From Candidatus Bathyarchaeota archaeon (GTDB lineage Archaea > Thermoproteota > Bathyarchaeia > Bathyarchaeales > Bathycorpusculaceae), in the NCBI GenBank assembly GCA_963772455.1, contig CAVYXJ010000007.1:256001-320000 (forward strand): DNA of 64,000 bases. The letters are read 5' to 3'. Made by a program: the position numbers and the translations under genes. Below the pieces are notes generated by a model. That model ran no database searches and had not been told where the DNA came from. It saw only the letters and a list, made by a program, of their open reading frames with translations. This document shows, piece by piece, positions 38,579 to 48,520 of this stretch (within the stretch, counting starts at the first letter, position 1; each line of letters begins with the position of its first letter).

Positions 38579-39420
38579 TGTTAAGTTTGCTTTTTCCAAA
38601 CCCAGCTGCCATTGTAAAAACCTCAAAAACCAAAACTCTCCTTATAGCTGACCCACACCTTGGATGGGAAATGCAGTTACAGGAAAAAGGCATACATGTT
38701 CCAAGCCAAACCCCCAAAATCCTAAACAAACTAACCGGAATTATTACAAAGTACAAGCCAGACAGACTGGTTATTCTAGGGGATGTGAAGTACACTGTTG
38801 TTTCCCATGAATTTGGCGAATGGCAAGATATCCCAGACTTCTTTAACAAACTCTCAGGATGTATAGGAAGTATAGCGGTTGTTCGGGGTAATCATGATGC
38901 CAACCTGGAACCGTTGTTACCCGAGAACGTTGAGTTTTTGCCTGCAACTGGAGCAATAATTGGTGACGTAGGCGTTTTTCATGGACACAAATGGCCTTCC
39001 CCCGCACTTTTGGGCTGCAAAACTTTGATTATGGGTCATCTACATCCTGTTGTGGTTTTCCGTGACCCAACCGGCTGCAAAATCATTAGGCAAGTTTGGA
39101 TGAAGACAAAATGCGACCCCGAAGCTTTCGCGAAAGTTCTTTTGAAGAAAAACAGAGTTAAAATTGAAGGTTCAATAGCTGAAACGTTACAAAATCACTA
39201 TAACATAAAGGCGAAAGTAGAGGAAATTTTTATAATGCCTAGTTTTAACGATTTCCTTGGCGGCAGACCCATAAACGAAACTCGCCCCAGAAAAGAAATT
39301 GGAAACGAAGCCTTGATTGGACCCGTTTTGCGTTCTGAAGCGGTTGATGTGGATGATGCAGAACTATTTCTTTTAGATGGCACATTTCTGGGAACATTAA
39401 ATCAACTCCGTCAACTTTGA
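38578..39420 (+). CDS. Calcineurin-like metallophosphoesterase
   Basis: ADPHLG, LGD, GNHD, HGH, GHLHP, MPSFN. Confidence 0.88.
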   Translation: MLSLLFPNPAAIVKTSKTKTLLIADPHLGWEMQLQEKGIHVPSQTPKILNKLTGIITKYKPDRLVILGDVKYTVVSHEFGEWQDIPDFFNKLSGCIGSIAVVRGNHDANLEPLLPENVEFLPATGAIIGDVGVFHGHKWPSPALLGCKTLIMGHLHPVVVFRDPTGCKIIRQVWMKTKCDPEAFAKVLLKKNRVKIEGSIAETLQNHYNIKAKVEEIFIMPSFNDFLGGRPINETRPRKEIGNEALIGPVLRSEAVDVDDAELFLLDGTFLGTLNQLRQL

Positions 39421-39503
39421 TTTGTCAAGTTTTGACCACGCTAAACTCTTATATTTGCCACATGTTATATGCATGATATAGCTAAAGGGGAGTAAAAAAT
39501 AAA

Positions 39504-39656
39504 ATGAAATTAGTAACTGTCTTATTACCAGAAGCATATTTGGAAGGTTTAGATGAATTAGTTCGAGCTAACATGTATCCAAGCAGAAGCAGTGTCATAA
39601 GGTCTTCGGTACGCGATTTGCTCAAAAAAGAGCTTTGGGAAAATAAACGCAGATAA
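39504..39656 (+). CDS. Ribbon-helix-helix (CopG/CdrS-like) DNA-binding protein, 50 aa (not in the ORF track)
   Basis: MKLVTVLLPEAYLEGLDELVRANMYPSRSSVIRSSVRDLLKKELW; SD GGGGAG upstream. Confidence 0.85.
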   Translation: MKLVTVLLPEAYLEGLDELVRANMYPSRSSVIRSSVRDLLKKELWENKRR

Positions 39657-39664
39657 ACTTTCTT

Positions 39665-40432
39665 TTAAAGCCCTTTTATTGACTCACAAAGTGAGCGTGC
39701 TGCAGCAGTTGGGTTGTTCGAATTGGTAATTTCTCTACCAACAATTAGGTAGTTTGCGCCTGCTTTAATTGCGGTTTCCGCACTGCCACCTTGAGCACCT
39801 ACGCCAGGCGAGTAAATATCAACTTTATCTTGGAGAATCTGTTTTATTTCCGCAATTTTCTGGGGAGCTGTAGCGCCAACTACTACTCCATCAGCATTCC
39901 ATATCAACGCTTTTTTTGCAAAGGAAATATATTGAAGAGTTTTTTCGCCTGTTTTCTCGTCAATGATGGTTTGTCCGTAACCTTCGCTGGCTCCTTTGTG
40001 GCTCATGTAGGTGAGGAGAATTACGCCGCGGTTAAGTTTTTTTGAAACTTCAAAGAGCGGCTTTAAACCTTCATCCCAACCTACAAATGGGTTAGCTATT
40101 ATGGCATCAAACCCGGCTGCAAAATAGTATTCGGCTATTATTTGGTTTGTATTGCCGATATCGTTTACTTTAGCATCCATTATTGCAAGTATGCCCAGAC
40201 TATGAATTTGGTCAACTATTTGTTGCACGCCATCAAAGGTGCCAAGTGGAAGGGTCAAATGATGGTTAATTTTTACCGCGCAAACATAGGGTGAGACAGC
40301 TTTTATGACCTGTTTGGCTTTAATCAAAATATTCTCTTTTTTCTCAGGGACCTCGAATGGAAAATCTAAGGCTAAAATTAGGCGAGAATTTTTGTTTTTT
40401 ACTGCTTCATGCATTTTCGTTTTAAACGACAT
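39665..40432 (-). CDS. pyrF: Orotidine-5'-phosphate decarboxylase
   Basis: LALD, DAKVNDIGNT, VVGAT, SPGVGAQGG, IVGR. Confidence 0.93.
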   Translation of the reverse strand: MSFKTKMHEAVKNKNSRLILALDFPFEVPEKKENILIKAKQVIKAVSPYVCAVKINHHLTLPLGTFDGVQQIVDQIHSLGILAIMDAKVNDIGNTNQIIAEYYFAAGFDAIIANPFVGWDEGLKPLFEVSKKLNRGVILLTYMSHKGASEGYGQTIIDEKTGEKTLQYISFAKKALIWNADGVVVGATAPQKIAEIKQILQDKVDIYSPGVGAQGGSAETAIKAGANYLIVGREITNSNNPTAAARSLCESIKGL

Positions 40433-40654
40433 TGAGATCCTCTTGCAGTATTTGTTTGGTGCTTGACTATTTCATTTTTTCCTTTAAAAACTGTTTAATT
40501 CTTCAATTTACATGAACCGAAATAAAATAGGGGAATCTGTTCAAAAGTCTATTCGCTGCTTTCTTAATCCACAAAAGTTTCTTAATTTTGGTTTTAGACA
40601 ACTAAATTTCTGTTTATGGAAAAGTTACTCAATAAATAATTGAGAAGGAAATTG

Positions 40655-41350
40655 TTAGACAGCCCAAACTGATGATTCAACAAGCGTCCAGGTTATTACT
40701 TCTCTCATTTCTGGGTTGTTGTAGTCAGTTATCCAAATTAGTGTTTCAAGCATGCCTGTTTGTTTGTCGAAGTAAACGAGTGTGGTATCGTAGCGTAGTG
40801 TGCTGTGTGTTGGGTCGGTAGCTAGATAAGATTCTCCGCCTATTGCCATAAAGTTTCTCTCCCTTACACTATCTGCGTAAGTTATTGTGCTCGAGGCATT
40901 CACTGTTACACCATCAAATCCATTTGGACGCAGTAAATCACCAACATTAAGATTGGAAGCATAGATAGCCCAGAACCCATTCGCTTCGGTTTTATTTCCG
41001 TTTGATAAATCGATTGTTTGTGAGCCAGTAATTACAGATGCGTTCTTGAATGTCCACAATGTATTAAGAGAAACCATAGTTCCTTGTACATCTGTTATTG
41101 TGATCTTATAATTGTCAGTTTCATTATAAACCGAGAAACCTGGAGTATCAACAGCCGCTAAACTAGTCAAATTTGATGAACCCAATAAGTGATAAGTGAA
41201 TGTGTCGCCTGTGTGAACGCCTAACGCTACTGGTTTAGTTGATGGGGGCTGGTTTGCAAGAATTACTGCAGCAGATGCTGCTACTAGCACTACTAAGAGA
41301 ATAATTGCTATGTAGGCTTTAGTGTGGGAACCTTTCTTTTTAAATGCCAT
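40655..41350 (-). CDS. Hypothetical membrane-anchored/secreted protein
   Basis: N-terminal TM, GVHTGDTFTY, YFDKQTGML; several NxS/T sites. Confidence 0.7.
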   Translation of the reverse strand: MAFKKKGSHTKAYIAIILLVVLVAASAAVILANQPPSTKPVALGVHTGDTFTYHLLGSSNLTSLAAVDTPGFSVYNETDNYKITITDVQGTMVSLNTLWTFKNASVITGSQTIDLSNGNKTEANGFWAIYASNLNVGDLLRPNGFDGVTVNASSTITYADSVRERNFMAIGGESYLATDPTHSTLRYDTTLVYFDKQTGMLETLIWITDYNNPEMREVITWTLVESSVWAV

Positions 41351-41471
41351 AGCTCCTACATTGCCATAGTCAAGTATTTAGTTGTTTTCCCAAAACGCCC
41401 TTAAAATAAGTGGGATTTCACCAAAGCTGAGAAGGATATTTGTTTAATTTAACCAGATATTTTGGGTGTAA

Positions 41472-41843
41472 CTATGAAAATTTTATTTTGCTTTCACTCT
41501 CATTTTTAGAGTCGATCGATTCAGAGGCAGCTTTGACCTTTTCATCTTGTTTCTTGTTTAAGCTGATTACGAGTTTATGGTTTTTCTTAACAAGAACCAC
41601 ATCACTCTCGAGAACGTTATCAACAATAACTTCTCCATTGTACTTCATTCGACTCGTGTATCCCAGTTCCGTTAGCGCCTTCATTAATTGTTCTCGGGAT
41701 GCTCTTAAAAGATCGCCTGATGTTTCGGGTCCACGGTTAAAGCAAAAAGTCAGAACCTTCTTTTCTGAATTATAATTTGCCTTAGTTCCTTTACCAATCT
41801 TCTCTACTTGGCCCCATTCAAGTTTTTCAGTAAGCTCTCTCAA
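41472..41843 (-). CDS. Hypothetical protein
   Basis: 123-aa ORF starting 11 nt after the aIF2-alpha stop. Confidence 0.55.
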   Translation of the reverse strand: MRELTEKLEWGQVEKIGKGTKANYNSEKKVLTFCFNRGPETSGDLLRASREQLMKALTELGYTSRMKYNGEVIVDNVLESDVVLVKKNHKLVISLNKKQDEKVKAASESIDSKNESESKIKFS

Positions 41844-41854
41844 ATCTAAACCTT

Positions 41855-42643
41855 CTATTTTTCTCTTTTAAATGAGCCGTGTCCGCCCGATTTGGTTACG
41901 TTGTCAACGACATTTTCGCTGACTTTATCTAGTACTTCTTCGGCGCGCTTCCAATTATCAGCTGTAACTTCAACACTGTATTTTGGAGCAGCAATTACAG
42001 AGAACTCGATTTTTGCATCTTTAGCTTCTTGAGCTTTTTTGGCTCCGCTGAAGGCATCTTGGATGCAACGAACGCCGTTTGGTATCATGCAACGAACTTC
42101 GATTACGCCTCTGACTTTTACTGTTTTAATTTTTATACGTTCTTCAGCAACTTGAGCAATAACTTTGGCGAGGTCTTCGGGAATTTCAAGTTTTGTTAAG
42201 ACCTCCATGCCTTCTTTGACTACTTTTTCGAAGCCGTCGTATAAACCGTATTTTTCTTCAAGAATTACTCCGGCTTTCTGGTAGACTTCATGAATTGGTA
42301 AACCAGTTTTTTCTGCTACTGCATGTAGGAGGGCATCGCCTTTGCGATCTTTTTTCCAAGATTTAATTTTTTCTATACGCTCACGTTTTGTTACACGTCT
42401 GAGTGATAGGTCAATGTGGCCTTTTTCAATGTCAATTCGGAGAACTTTGAGAACCATTTTTTGGTTTTCACGAACAAAGTCTCGGATGTTTCTTATGCGA
42501 GCGCTGGAAATTTCAGATATATGAAGAAAACCTCGTCTACTATACTCGTCAAGGTTAGCGTATGCTCCATAATCCATAACACTTTCTATCGTGGCAATTA
42601 CAAGATCGCCCGATTCAGGCCATTCAGGTTTATGTTCAGACAT
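41855..42643 (-). CDS. eif2a: Translation initiation factor aIF2 subunit alpha
   Basis: WPESGDLV S1 domain, HISEIS, HIDLSLRRV, AAPKY. Confidence 0.95.
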   Translation of the reverse strand: MSEHKPEWPESGDLVIATIESVMDYGAYANLDEYSRRGFLHISEISSARIRNIRDFVRENQKMVLKVLRIDIEKGHIDLSLRRVTKRERIEKIKSWKKDRKGDALLHAVAEKTGLPIHEVYQKAGVILEEKYGLYDGFEKVVKEGMEVLTKLEIPEDLAKVIAQVAEERIKIKTVKVRGVIEVRCMIPNGVRCIQDAFSGAKKAQEAKDAKIEFSVIAAPKYSVEVTADNWKRAEEVLDKVSENVVDNVTKSGGHGSFKREK

Positions 42644-42972
42644 TAGTTTACATCCTATTCAAGGAAGACCTTTCTTATTTAAAAACTCCTGCAATAAAAC
42701 TTTTCACGTCTAAGATAAGGTTTTCTACGTTAAAAGATTCGCCTTCGACAACTTTAACGTTTTTGGTTATTTTGTAAAAGGTGATATCTGAACCCTTCAA
42801 AGCGGCGAGGTATCACTGGCACAGCAAACTTTTCGACCCACGACCTACCAATGATGTCGCGAACATTTCATTTTTCGCAGGATTGTCATTTGTCTTTTTC
42901 GTGGAAATTATAAAGCGACGGATCTACAAGCAATAAACTTTTAATCCAGTCAAACCAATAAAACCGAAGTAA

Positions 42973-43194
42973 GTGGACAAAATGAACAGAAAACTAAAAA
43001 CTATACTCGAACCTAAAAAGGGAAACCAAACTGTTTTTTCATCTAAAACCTTGCCAGTAATAAAAAGCAAGGGTGGCAATACCAATTATCTATGTGGCAA
43101 TTGTGGAGCAAAATTAGGCGAGACCATTATTGAAGGAAAATTCAAGAACGTCGTGTTAAAGTGCCCAACCTGCAACTCCTATAATGAAGTATAA
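42973..43194 (+). CDS. Small zinc-finger protein
   Basis: YLCGNC...KCPTCNSYNE. Confidence 0.6.
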   Translation: MDKMNRKLKTILEPKKGNQTVFSSKTLPVIKSKGGNTNYLCGNCGAKLGETIIEGKFKNVVLKCPTCNSYNEV

Positions 43195-43377
43195 AGTAGA
43201 ATATTCTACTTTACCAACTTGACGCTTTGACCTTTTTTACACCTGAATTTTTAACCGCTACACAAATTTCCGTTTTTAAACTCTGAGTTTCTTTTTTATC
43301 AATCGTTATCTAACTTGATAAGTATCAGAAAACCAGTTAACATTACAAAAGAAGTGGCATATCATTCTTTATTAGAC

Positions 43378-43401
43378 TGGTACAGGGTGGGATTCGAACC
43401 C
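43378..43401 (-). repeat. Degenerate copy of the tRNA-Leu 3' end (att-like site)
   Basis: TGGTACAGGGTGGGATTCGAACCC vs TGGTGCAGGGGGTGGGATTCGAACCC at 48190-48215 (1 mismatch, 2-nt gap, same orientation). Confidence 0.75.
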
Positions 43402-43563
43402 TCTGAGAATGGTGAAATCACCCGGGCTTATCCCCTCTTTTTTGAGAAGGAACTCAACAATTAAATTGCCTTACATTTCTTTGTCCAAAAAGGATTGCAA
43501 GCTTTAACAGGTTTTATATAGCCTCTTCCTGCAAGATAATATTGCTCTCTGTCTGGCGATTAA

Positions 43564-44520
43564 ATGGATAAAAAAATCAAAGTTATCCTTGCTTTAGTGC
43601 TTCTCGCTATTACCATTGGTTCTCTTGTTACTGTAGGGTATTTGTTTCAGAAGCCATTCAACCTACATGATGGCATACAATACCCGCATGGCATAATGGA
43701 GATTACGACGGTTGATTGGGACAATACCACTGGGCAAATCAAAGTTACTATGCAAAACTTTGGGCAACCTCAAGCTATAGTCGGAATATCCGTAAATGAA
43801 AAGTTGGATAAGGAAGCCATCATTGTTCCAAGCGGAAATATTGAACATAATCAAACTTGCGAAATTACATTATCAGAAAAATATGCTATTAAGCCACCAG
43901 AGATAACACTCGGAATTAACGCAACCCACAGCTCTACGATGGGTAAAATAACCCTCATCGGACTTAAAATGGAGGCATTGTACTGGAATGAAAACACGCA
44001 TAAAATTCAGGCTTTTATCGCTGACACTTCCAATTTTATCACAGCTAACCATACGATCTCTTTTGGCAAGATTTTCGTTAACGGTGCGGTGGACAAGGGA
44101 GCAGTTATCACAAGAGAGTCTGTTGAATGGGCAAACACTGACAGAGTATACAAAATCTCTTTGTCAGGGATATACACTTCAAAACCCTCAGAGATGCTGT
44201 TGGAATTTACAGCGGACGGTACAAACTTTCATCTGACCTCTCCTTTTCTTGTAGATATGATATTCAATTCCTTTAAATGGGATGAGAAAACAGGTGAAGA
44301 AAGATTTTGGGTTCACAGTGGAAGCTTTGCTTTTGAGAGGACCCAAGGAGTCACTTTTGAGGGAGTATACGTCAATGGAGAATTAGATAAGTCACCGAAA
44401 ATAAACAGACTATACAGCGAAACTTATGAAATCATCTTGTCAACTAAATTTTCTCAAGCTCCAGAATTGTTAGATATCAGGGTTATGACTGACTTTGGAG
44501 CATATGGTAAATATCCCTAA
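43564..44520 (+). CDS. Membrane-anchored surface protein with three internal ~90-aa repeats
   Basis: N-terminal TM; W(D/N)xxT..., VN(G/E)xxDK and (Y/C)xIxLS each occur three times. Confidence 0.7.
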   Translation: MDKKIKVILALVLLAITIGSLVTVGYLFQKPFNLHDGIQYPHGIMEITTVDWDNTTGQIKVTMQNFGQPQAIVGISVNEKLDKEAIIVPSGNIEHNQTCEITLSEKYAIKPPEITLGINATHSSTMGKITLIGLKMEALYWNENTHKIQAFIADTSNFITANHTISFGKIFVNGAVDKGAVITRESVEWANTDRVYKISLSGIYTSKPSEMLLEFTADGTNFHLTSPFLVDMIFNSFKWDEKTGEERFWVHSGSFAFERTQGVTFEGVYVNGELDKSPKINRLYSETYEIILSTKFSQAPELLDIRVMTDFGAYGKYP

Positions 44521-44593
44521 GGACTCATTTTATAATTGGTTGCGCCCAATGGTTAACGTCTGTATATACTTCATTTGCGGGCTAGTGGAAGAA

Positions 44594-47368
44594 TCATGCG
44601 GGCGTTATCTTGACGTCTATCGATTCCTCTGTGTGTTGTGCGGTGTTGCCTGTTTCGCTTGAAAGCTCAGGAAAGTCCACTTCGTACTTTGCGTCGTGGT
44701 AATGCAGTATGCGTTTTGTCACTTCAATGGTCAGCAACACGATTGCGGAGAGACCTGCTATTAGTATTACTTCGTAGATACCAACTGGAGCTAGACTGAA
44801 GCTTTCACGAAGGAACGGCACGTTGATGATCAGCAGTATCAGCGCGATTTCCCAAAGCAGCGTACCCACGAGCAATTTGTGAGGTCGCGCTTTGATGATG
44901 GTATATTTTAGTGAACGGCAGCTTAATGCCAAGACAAGTTCAAAGAAGATCAACACTAAGAACAGCCTTGTTTGGGCGATTTCGACGCCTAACGGCAGGG
45001 AGCTTATGAAGACCCATAACAGTAGTGGCGTTTCTATGAGGACGGCTCGTATGAGGAACACTTTGACGTCTTTTGTGAATATTGTTTCTTTAGGGTTCCG
45101 GGGCGGCCGCTGCATCACGTCAGGTTCGGGAGGACTCAAACCTAAAGCTATGGCTGGCAAGCCGTCTGTAGCGAGGTTGATATAGAGAATGTGCACCGGC
45201 AGTAGCGGCAGCGGGTAACCAGCTAGCACTGCAAACGAGAGGACGACGATTTCCACTAAATTGGCCTGCAAGAGGTAGGTGAGGTATTTTTTGATGTTGT
45301 CGTATGTCCAGCGGCCCAGCTCCACCGCCTTAACAATAGTTGCAAAGTTGTCGTCGGCAAGCACGAGGTCGGCGGATTCTTTAGTGACTTCTGTTCCTGT
45401 TATGCCCATAGCGACGCCGATGTCGCTTTTCTTAAGCGCGGGAGCATCGTTAACGCCGTCGCCTGTCATGGCTACAACTTCGCCTTTCTTCTTCCAAGCC
45501 TCTACGATTTTCAGCTTATGAAGCGGGGAAACGCGAGCGTAAACGGTTACTTTTCTGACTTTGGCTTCGAACTCTTCCTGCGAAATCCGTTCTAGGTCTT
45601 CGCCGGTTAGGATTTGGTCGCCTTCACGATAGATACCTAATTCCTTGGCAACTGCCAATGCAGTAAGCTTATGGTCTCCAGTAATCATTACGGTCTTGAT
45701 TCCAATTTGTCGGCAAAGCTTCACTGCCTCCATGGCTTCTTTACGAGGTGGATCCATCATGCCGACTAAGCCAAGGAAAACCAGCTCACTTTCAGCGGTT
45801 TCTTCTTTGAAGTTAATTAAATCGCCCGACACTTCTTTGAATGCTATTCCCAAAATGCGCAGTCCGACGCTTGCCATTTCCTCGTTCACATCAAGCACTG
45901 TTTTGAGCCTTTGTTCAGTGAGTTCCTCTGTTTTAGTATCTGCACAAATACGGGAACAATGTCGGAGGATAATTTCGGGGGCTCCTTTCATGAAGATGAG
46001 TTTTTTACTATCAGCTTGCAGTTGTGAGCTATGGACTGTTGTCATGCGTTTTCGGTCCGAGGAGAACGGAAACTCGTCTATGCGTGGGTAAGCGCGACGC
46101 AACTCCTCTATTTGCACGCCTGCTTTTAATGCAGCCACCACAAGGGCACCTTCGGTTGGATCACCCTTAACTACCCATGTGTCACCCTCCTGAACCACGT
46201 TGGCATCGTTGCATAAGACAGCGCCTTTCATAAGTAACGAGAAGCACTCGGTCTCCGTTGTCGCCTTGTTTTTCTCGTCGAAACTCCCCTGAGGCGAGTA
46301 GCCGACGCCGCTAACATTAATGGTTGTGCCTGCCGTGTAGACTTTGCGTACAGTCATTTCGCCTTTGGTCAAGGTGCCTGTTTTGTCAGTGCAGATCACC
46401 GTTGTTGAACCAAGCGTTTCAACCGCAGGCATCTTTCTGATGAGGGCGTTTCTTTTCGCCATCTTATACATGCCGATAGCTAAGCTCCCCGTTACAATAG
46501 CAGGTAACGCTTCTGGAACAGCCGCGACTGCCAATGCGATGCCGAAGAGGAACATATCCAGCAACGGCAGCCCCCGTGCAACACCTAAAACGATTACGGT
46601 TATGCTGACCGCCAATGCTGCTAAGCCAAGCCATTTCCCAACTTCTTTAGTTCTCTTTTCAAGAGGAGTCTCTTTCTTCTCGACAGCGCTAACTTGCTTT
46701 GCAATCTTTCCGAATTCAGTGTTCATAGCCGTCATAACGACTAGGGCTTTAGCTTTTCCGGAGGTAACCGCAGTTCCCGAGAAAACCATGTCTTTTTTAT
46801 CCAAAATCGCAGCATCTTTAGCTACTTTTTCCGTGCTCTTCTCAACAGGAACGGATTCACCTGTCAGAGGAGCTTCGTTAACGTGTAAGTTGTAAGTCTC
46901 TATTAGCCGCGAGTCTGCGGCGATCTTGTCTCCTTCTTTGAGTACCAAGATGTCGCCGGGCACGATGTCTTTTGTGGCAATCTGTACTTCTTTGCCATCC
47001 CGTAAAACCGAAGCAGTTGGCACGAGCATCTTTGTTAAGGCTTCCAATGCTTTTTCTGCGCGATATTCCTGGACAAACCCTAGCGATGCGGAGATTACAA
47101 CGATGATGAGGATGATACTTGCGTCAAATTGGTGTCCAGTCGCAAACGACACTGATGCTGCGGCTATTAGAATTAGTATAAGTATGCTTTTGAATTGGCC
47201 TATGAAAATCTTGAGGGGCGAGGTTTTTTCGCCTGCGGCTAACTGATTAGGACCGTATTTCTTGAGTCTCTCGGCTGCTTCAGTTGAGCTTAACCCTGTT
47301 TTTTCGGTCTTAAGTTTGCTTAACGCTTCCTGCGTTTCAATCGCATGCCAAGATTCTTCAGAACTCAC
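44594..47368 (-). CDS. Cation-transporting P-type ATPase (type IIA, Ca2+-like)
   Basis: TGES, VPEALP, DKTGT, KGAPE, GDGVNDAP, INLATDG. Confidence 0.94.
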   Translation of the reverse strand: MSSEESWHAIETQEALSKLKTEKTGLSSTEAAERLKKYGPNQLAAGEKTSPLKIFIGQFKSILILILIAAASVSFATGHQFDASIILIIVVISASLGFVQEYRAEKALEALTKMLVPTASVLRDGKEVQIATKDIVPGDILVLKEGDKIAADSRLIETYNLHVNEAPLTGESVPVEKSTEKVAKDAAILDKKDMVFSGTAVTSGKAKALVVMTAMNTEFGKIAKQVSAVEKKETPLEKRTKEVGKWLGLAALAVSITVIVLGVARGLPLLDMFLFGIALAVAAVPEALPAIVTGSLAIGMYKMAKRNALIRKMPAVETLGSTTVICTDKTGTLTKGEMTVRKVYTAGTTINVSGVGYSPQGSFDEKNKATTETECFSLLMKGAVLCNDANVVQEGDTWVVKGDPTEGALVVAALKAGVQIEELRRAYPRIDEFPFSSDRKRMTTVHSSQLQADSKKLIFMKGAPEIILRHCSRICADTKTEELTEQRLKTVLDVNEEMASVGLRILGIAFKEVSGDLINFKEETAESELVFLGLVGMMDPPRKEAMEAVKLCRQIGIKTVMITGDHKLTALAVAKELGIYREGDQILTGEDLERISQEEFEAKVRKVTVYARVSPLHKLKIVEAWKKKGEVVAMTGDGVNDAPALKKSDIGVAMGITGTEVTKESADLVLADDNFATIVKAVELGRWTYDNIKKYLTYLLQANLVEIVVLSFAVLAGYPLPLLPVHILYINLATDGLPAIALGLSPPEPDVMQRPPRNPKETIFTKDVKVFLIRAVLIETPLLLWVFISSLPLGVEIAQTRLFLVLIFFELVLALSCRSLKYTIIKARPHKLLVGTLLWEIALILLIINVPFLRESFSLAPVGIYEVILIAGLSAIVLLTIEVTKRILHYHDAKYEVDFPELSSETGNTAQHTEESIDVKITPA

Positions 47369-47579
47369 AAGCTTCCCCTCGAATCACCTAAAATCTTGCA
47401 AGTTTTAAATAATAAATGTGTCCCCATAAAGATTACAAAAAACAACGATAAAGTAAATACTTGAGGTCGAAACATTTGCTGACTGACAGCTGTCTCCAAT
47501 CTAAATCGCGCGTCCAAATCCCTTTTCCAATCATCAACCCAGTTGCCTTAATTGTAAAGCTTTTAACAATTCAAATTAA

Positions 47580-48145
47580 ATGGCAACCATACATAGTTTT
47601 CTATTTTCTGGTATGGTCCCTGTGAGAAGTCTGGCGACTAAAAGGGACGACATAGACTTCGAAAGTAAAGCCGTAAACATTACCCCTGAAAAGAACAGCA
47701 ACCCACGAACAATACGCTTAAGCCTTAAACTGCTCGAAATGCTTCAAAGATTGCCAAAAAAACTATGGCGACAGAGTATTTTCTTTCCCTAACATACCTG
47801 TTGACCATCATGGAGTAAGCTTAGGTCGTCAACGATAACGATTAGCCAACAAACTCAAGAATCCTCGCCTACTAAAAATTCACTTCCACACCTTCCGATA
47901 TTGGAAAGGAACAATGATTTACCATGAAACAAAAGACATGTACTATGTAATGCAGCGATTGGGACACAAGAACATCAAGAATACTTTGCTGTATGTCCAG
48001 CTTGAAGAAGCTCTATTCCAAGGTGAACAAATTACATATCAAAAGTAACCAAGACAGAAAAAGAAATTTGCAGTCTAGTTGAAGCAGGCTTTGAGTACGT
48101 AACAGAGTTTGATGGTGCAAAATCTTTAGAAAACGCAAACTTTAG
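47580..48145 (+). pseudogene. Tyrosine recombinase/integrase remnant
   Basis: Fragments DIDFE..ITPEKNSNPR, RQR*RLANKLKNPRLLKIHFHTFRYW, LGHKNIKNTLLY, LVEAGFEYVTE, FRKRK across stops and frameshifts. Confidence 0.85.
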
Positions 48146-48189
48146 CAGAAACATCCCCTTGACGGACCCCCTATAGTTTTGCTTATATA

Positions 48190-48277
48190 TGGTGCAGGGG
48201 GTGGGATTCGAACCCACGAACGCCTACGCGATAGGGTCCTAAGCCCTACTCCGTTGACCTGGCTTGGAGACCCCTGC
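48190..48277 (-). tRNA. tRNA-Leu(TAG), CCA encoded
   Basis: Acceptor GCAGGGG/CCCCTGC; anticodon arm TAGGG-CTTAGGA-CCCTA; long variable arm; GTTCGAATC. Confidence 0.95.
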
Positions 48278-48352
48278 ACATGTTTTGCGCAGTGTGAAAT
48301 AGGTTAGGTTGCTTTAATATTTATTTGCCACATGATTTCTTTGTTTTCTCTT

Positions 48353-48520
48353 TGTGTGGGTGTGGTGCAAAAAAAATGCACACCACACTTGAAGCCCTGG
48401 AAAAGATTGCTTTTTTGGTTTGGGTTGTTTTTCTTTTGTGGTTTAAGTGTGGGAAGAGTGTGTAGCCCACACCGCCAACATGGATTCAATGTTGAGATGT
48501 GTGGGTGTGGTGTGGGTGTA
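48353..48520. repeat. GT-rich direct and inverted repeats between the divergent tRNAs
   Basis: Exact 15-mer TGTGTGGGTGTGGTG at 48353-48367 and 48498-48512; hairpins GTGTGGTG/CACCACAC and GTGTGGG/CCCACAC. Confidence 0.6.

Larger units (their letters stand above)
43378..48215. mobile_element. Decayed tRNA-Leu-integrated island (surface repeat protein, P-type ATPase, integrase remnant)
   Basis: att-like direct repeats at both ends and a tyrosine recombinase remnant next to the tRNA 3' end. Confidence 0.7.
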
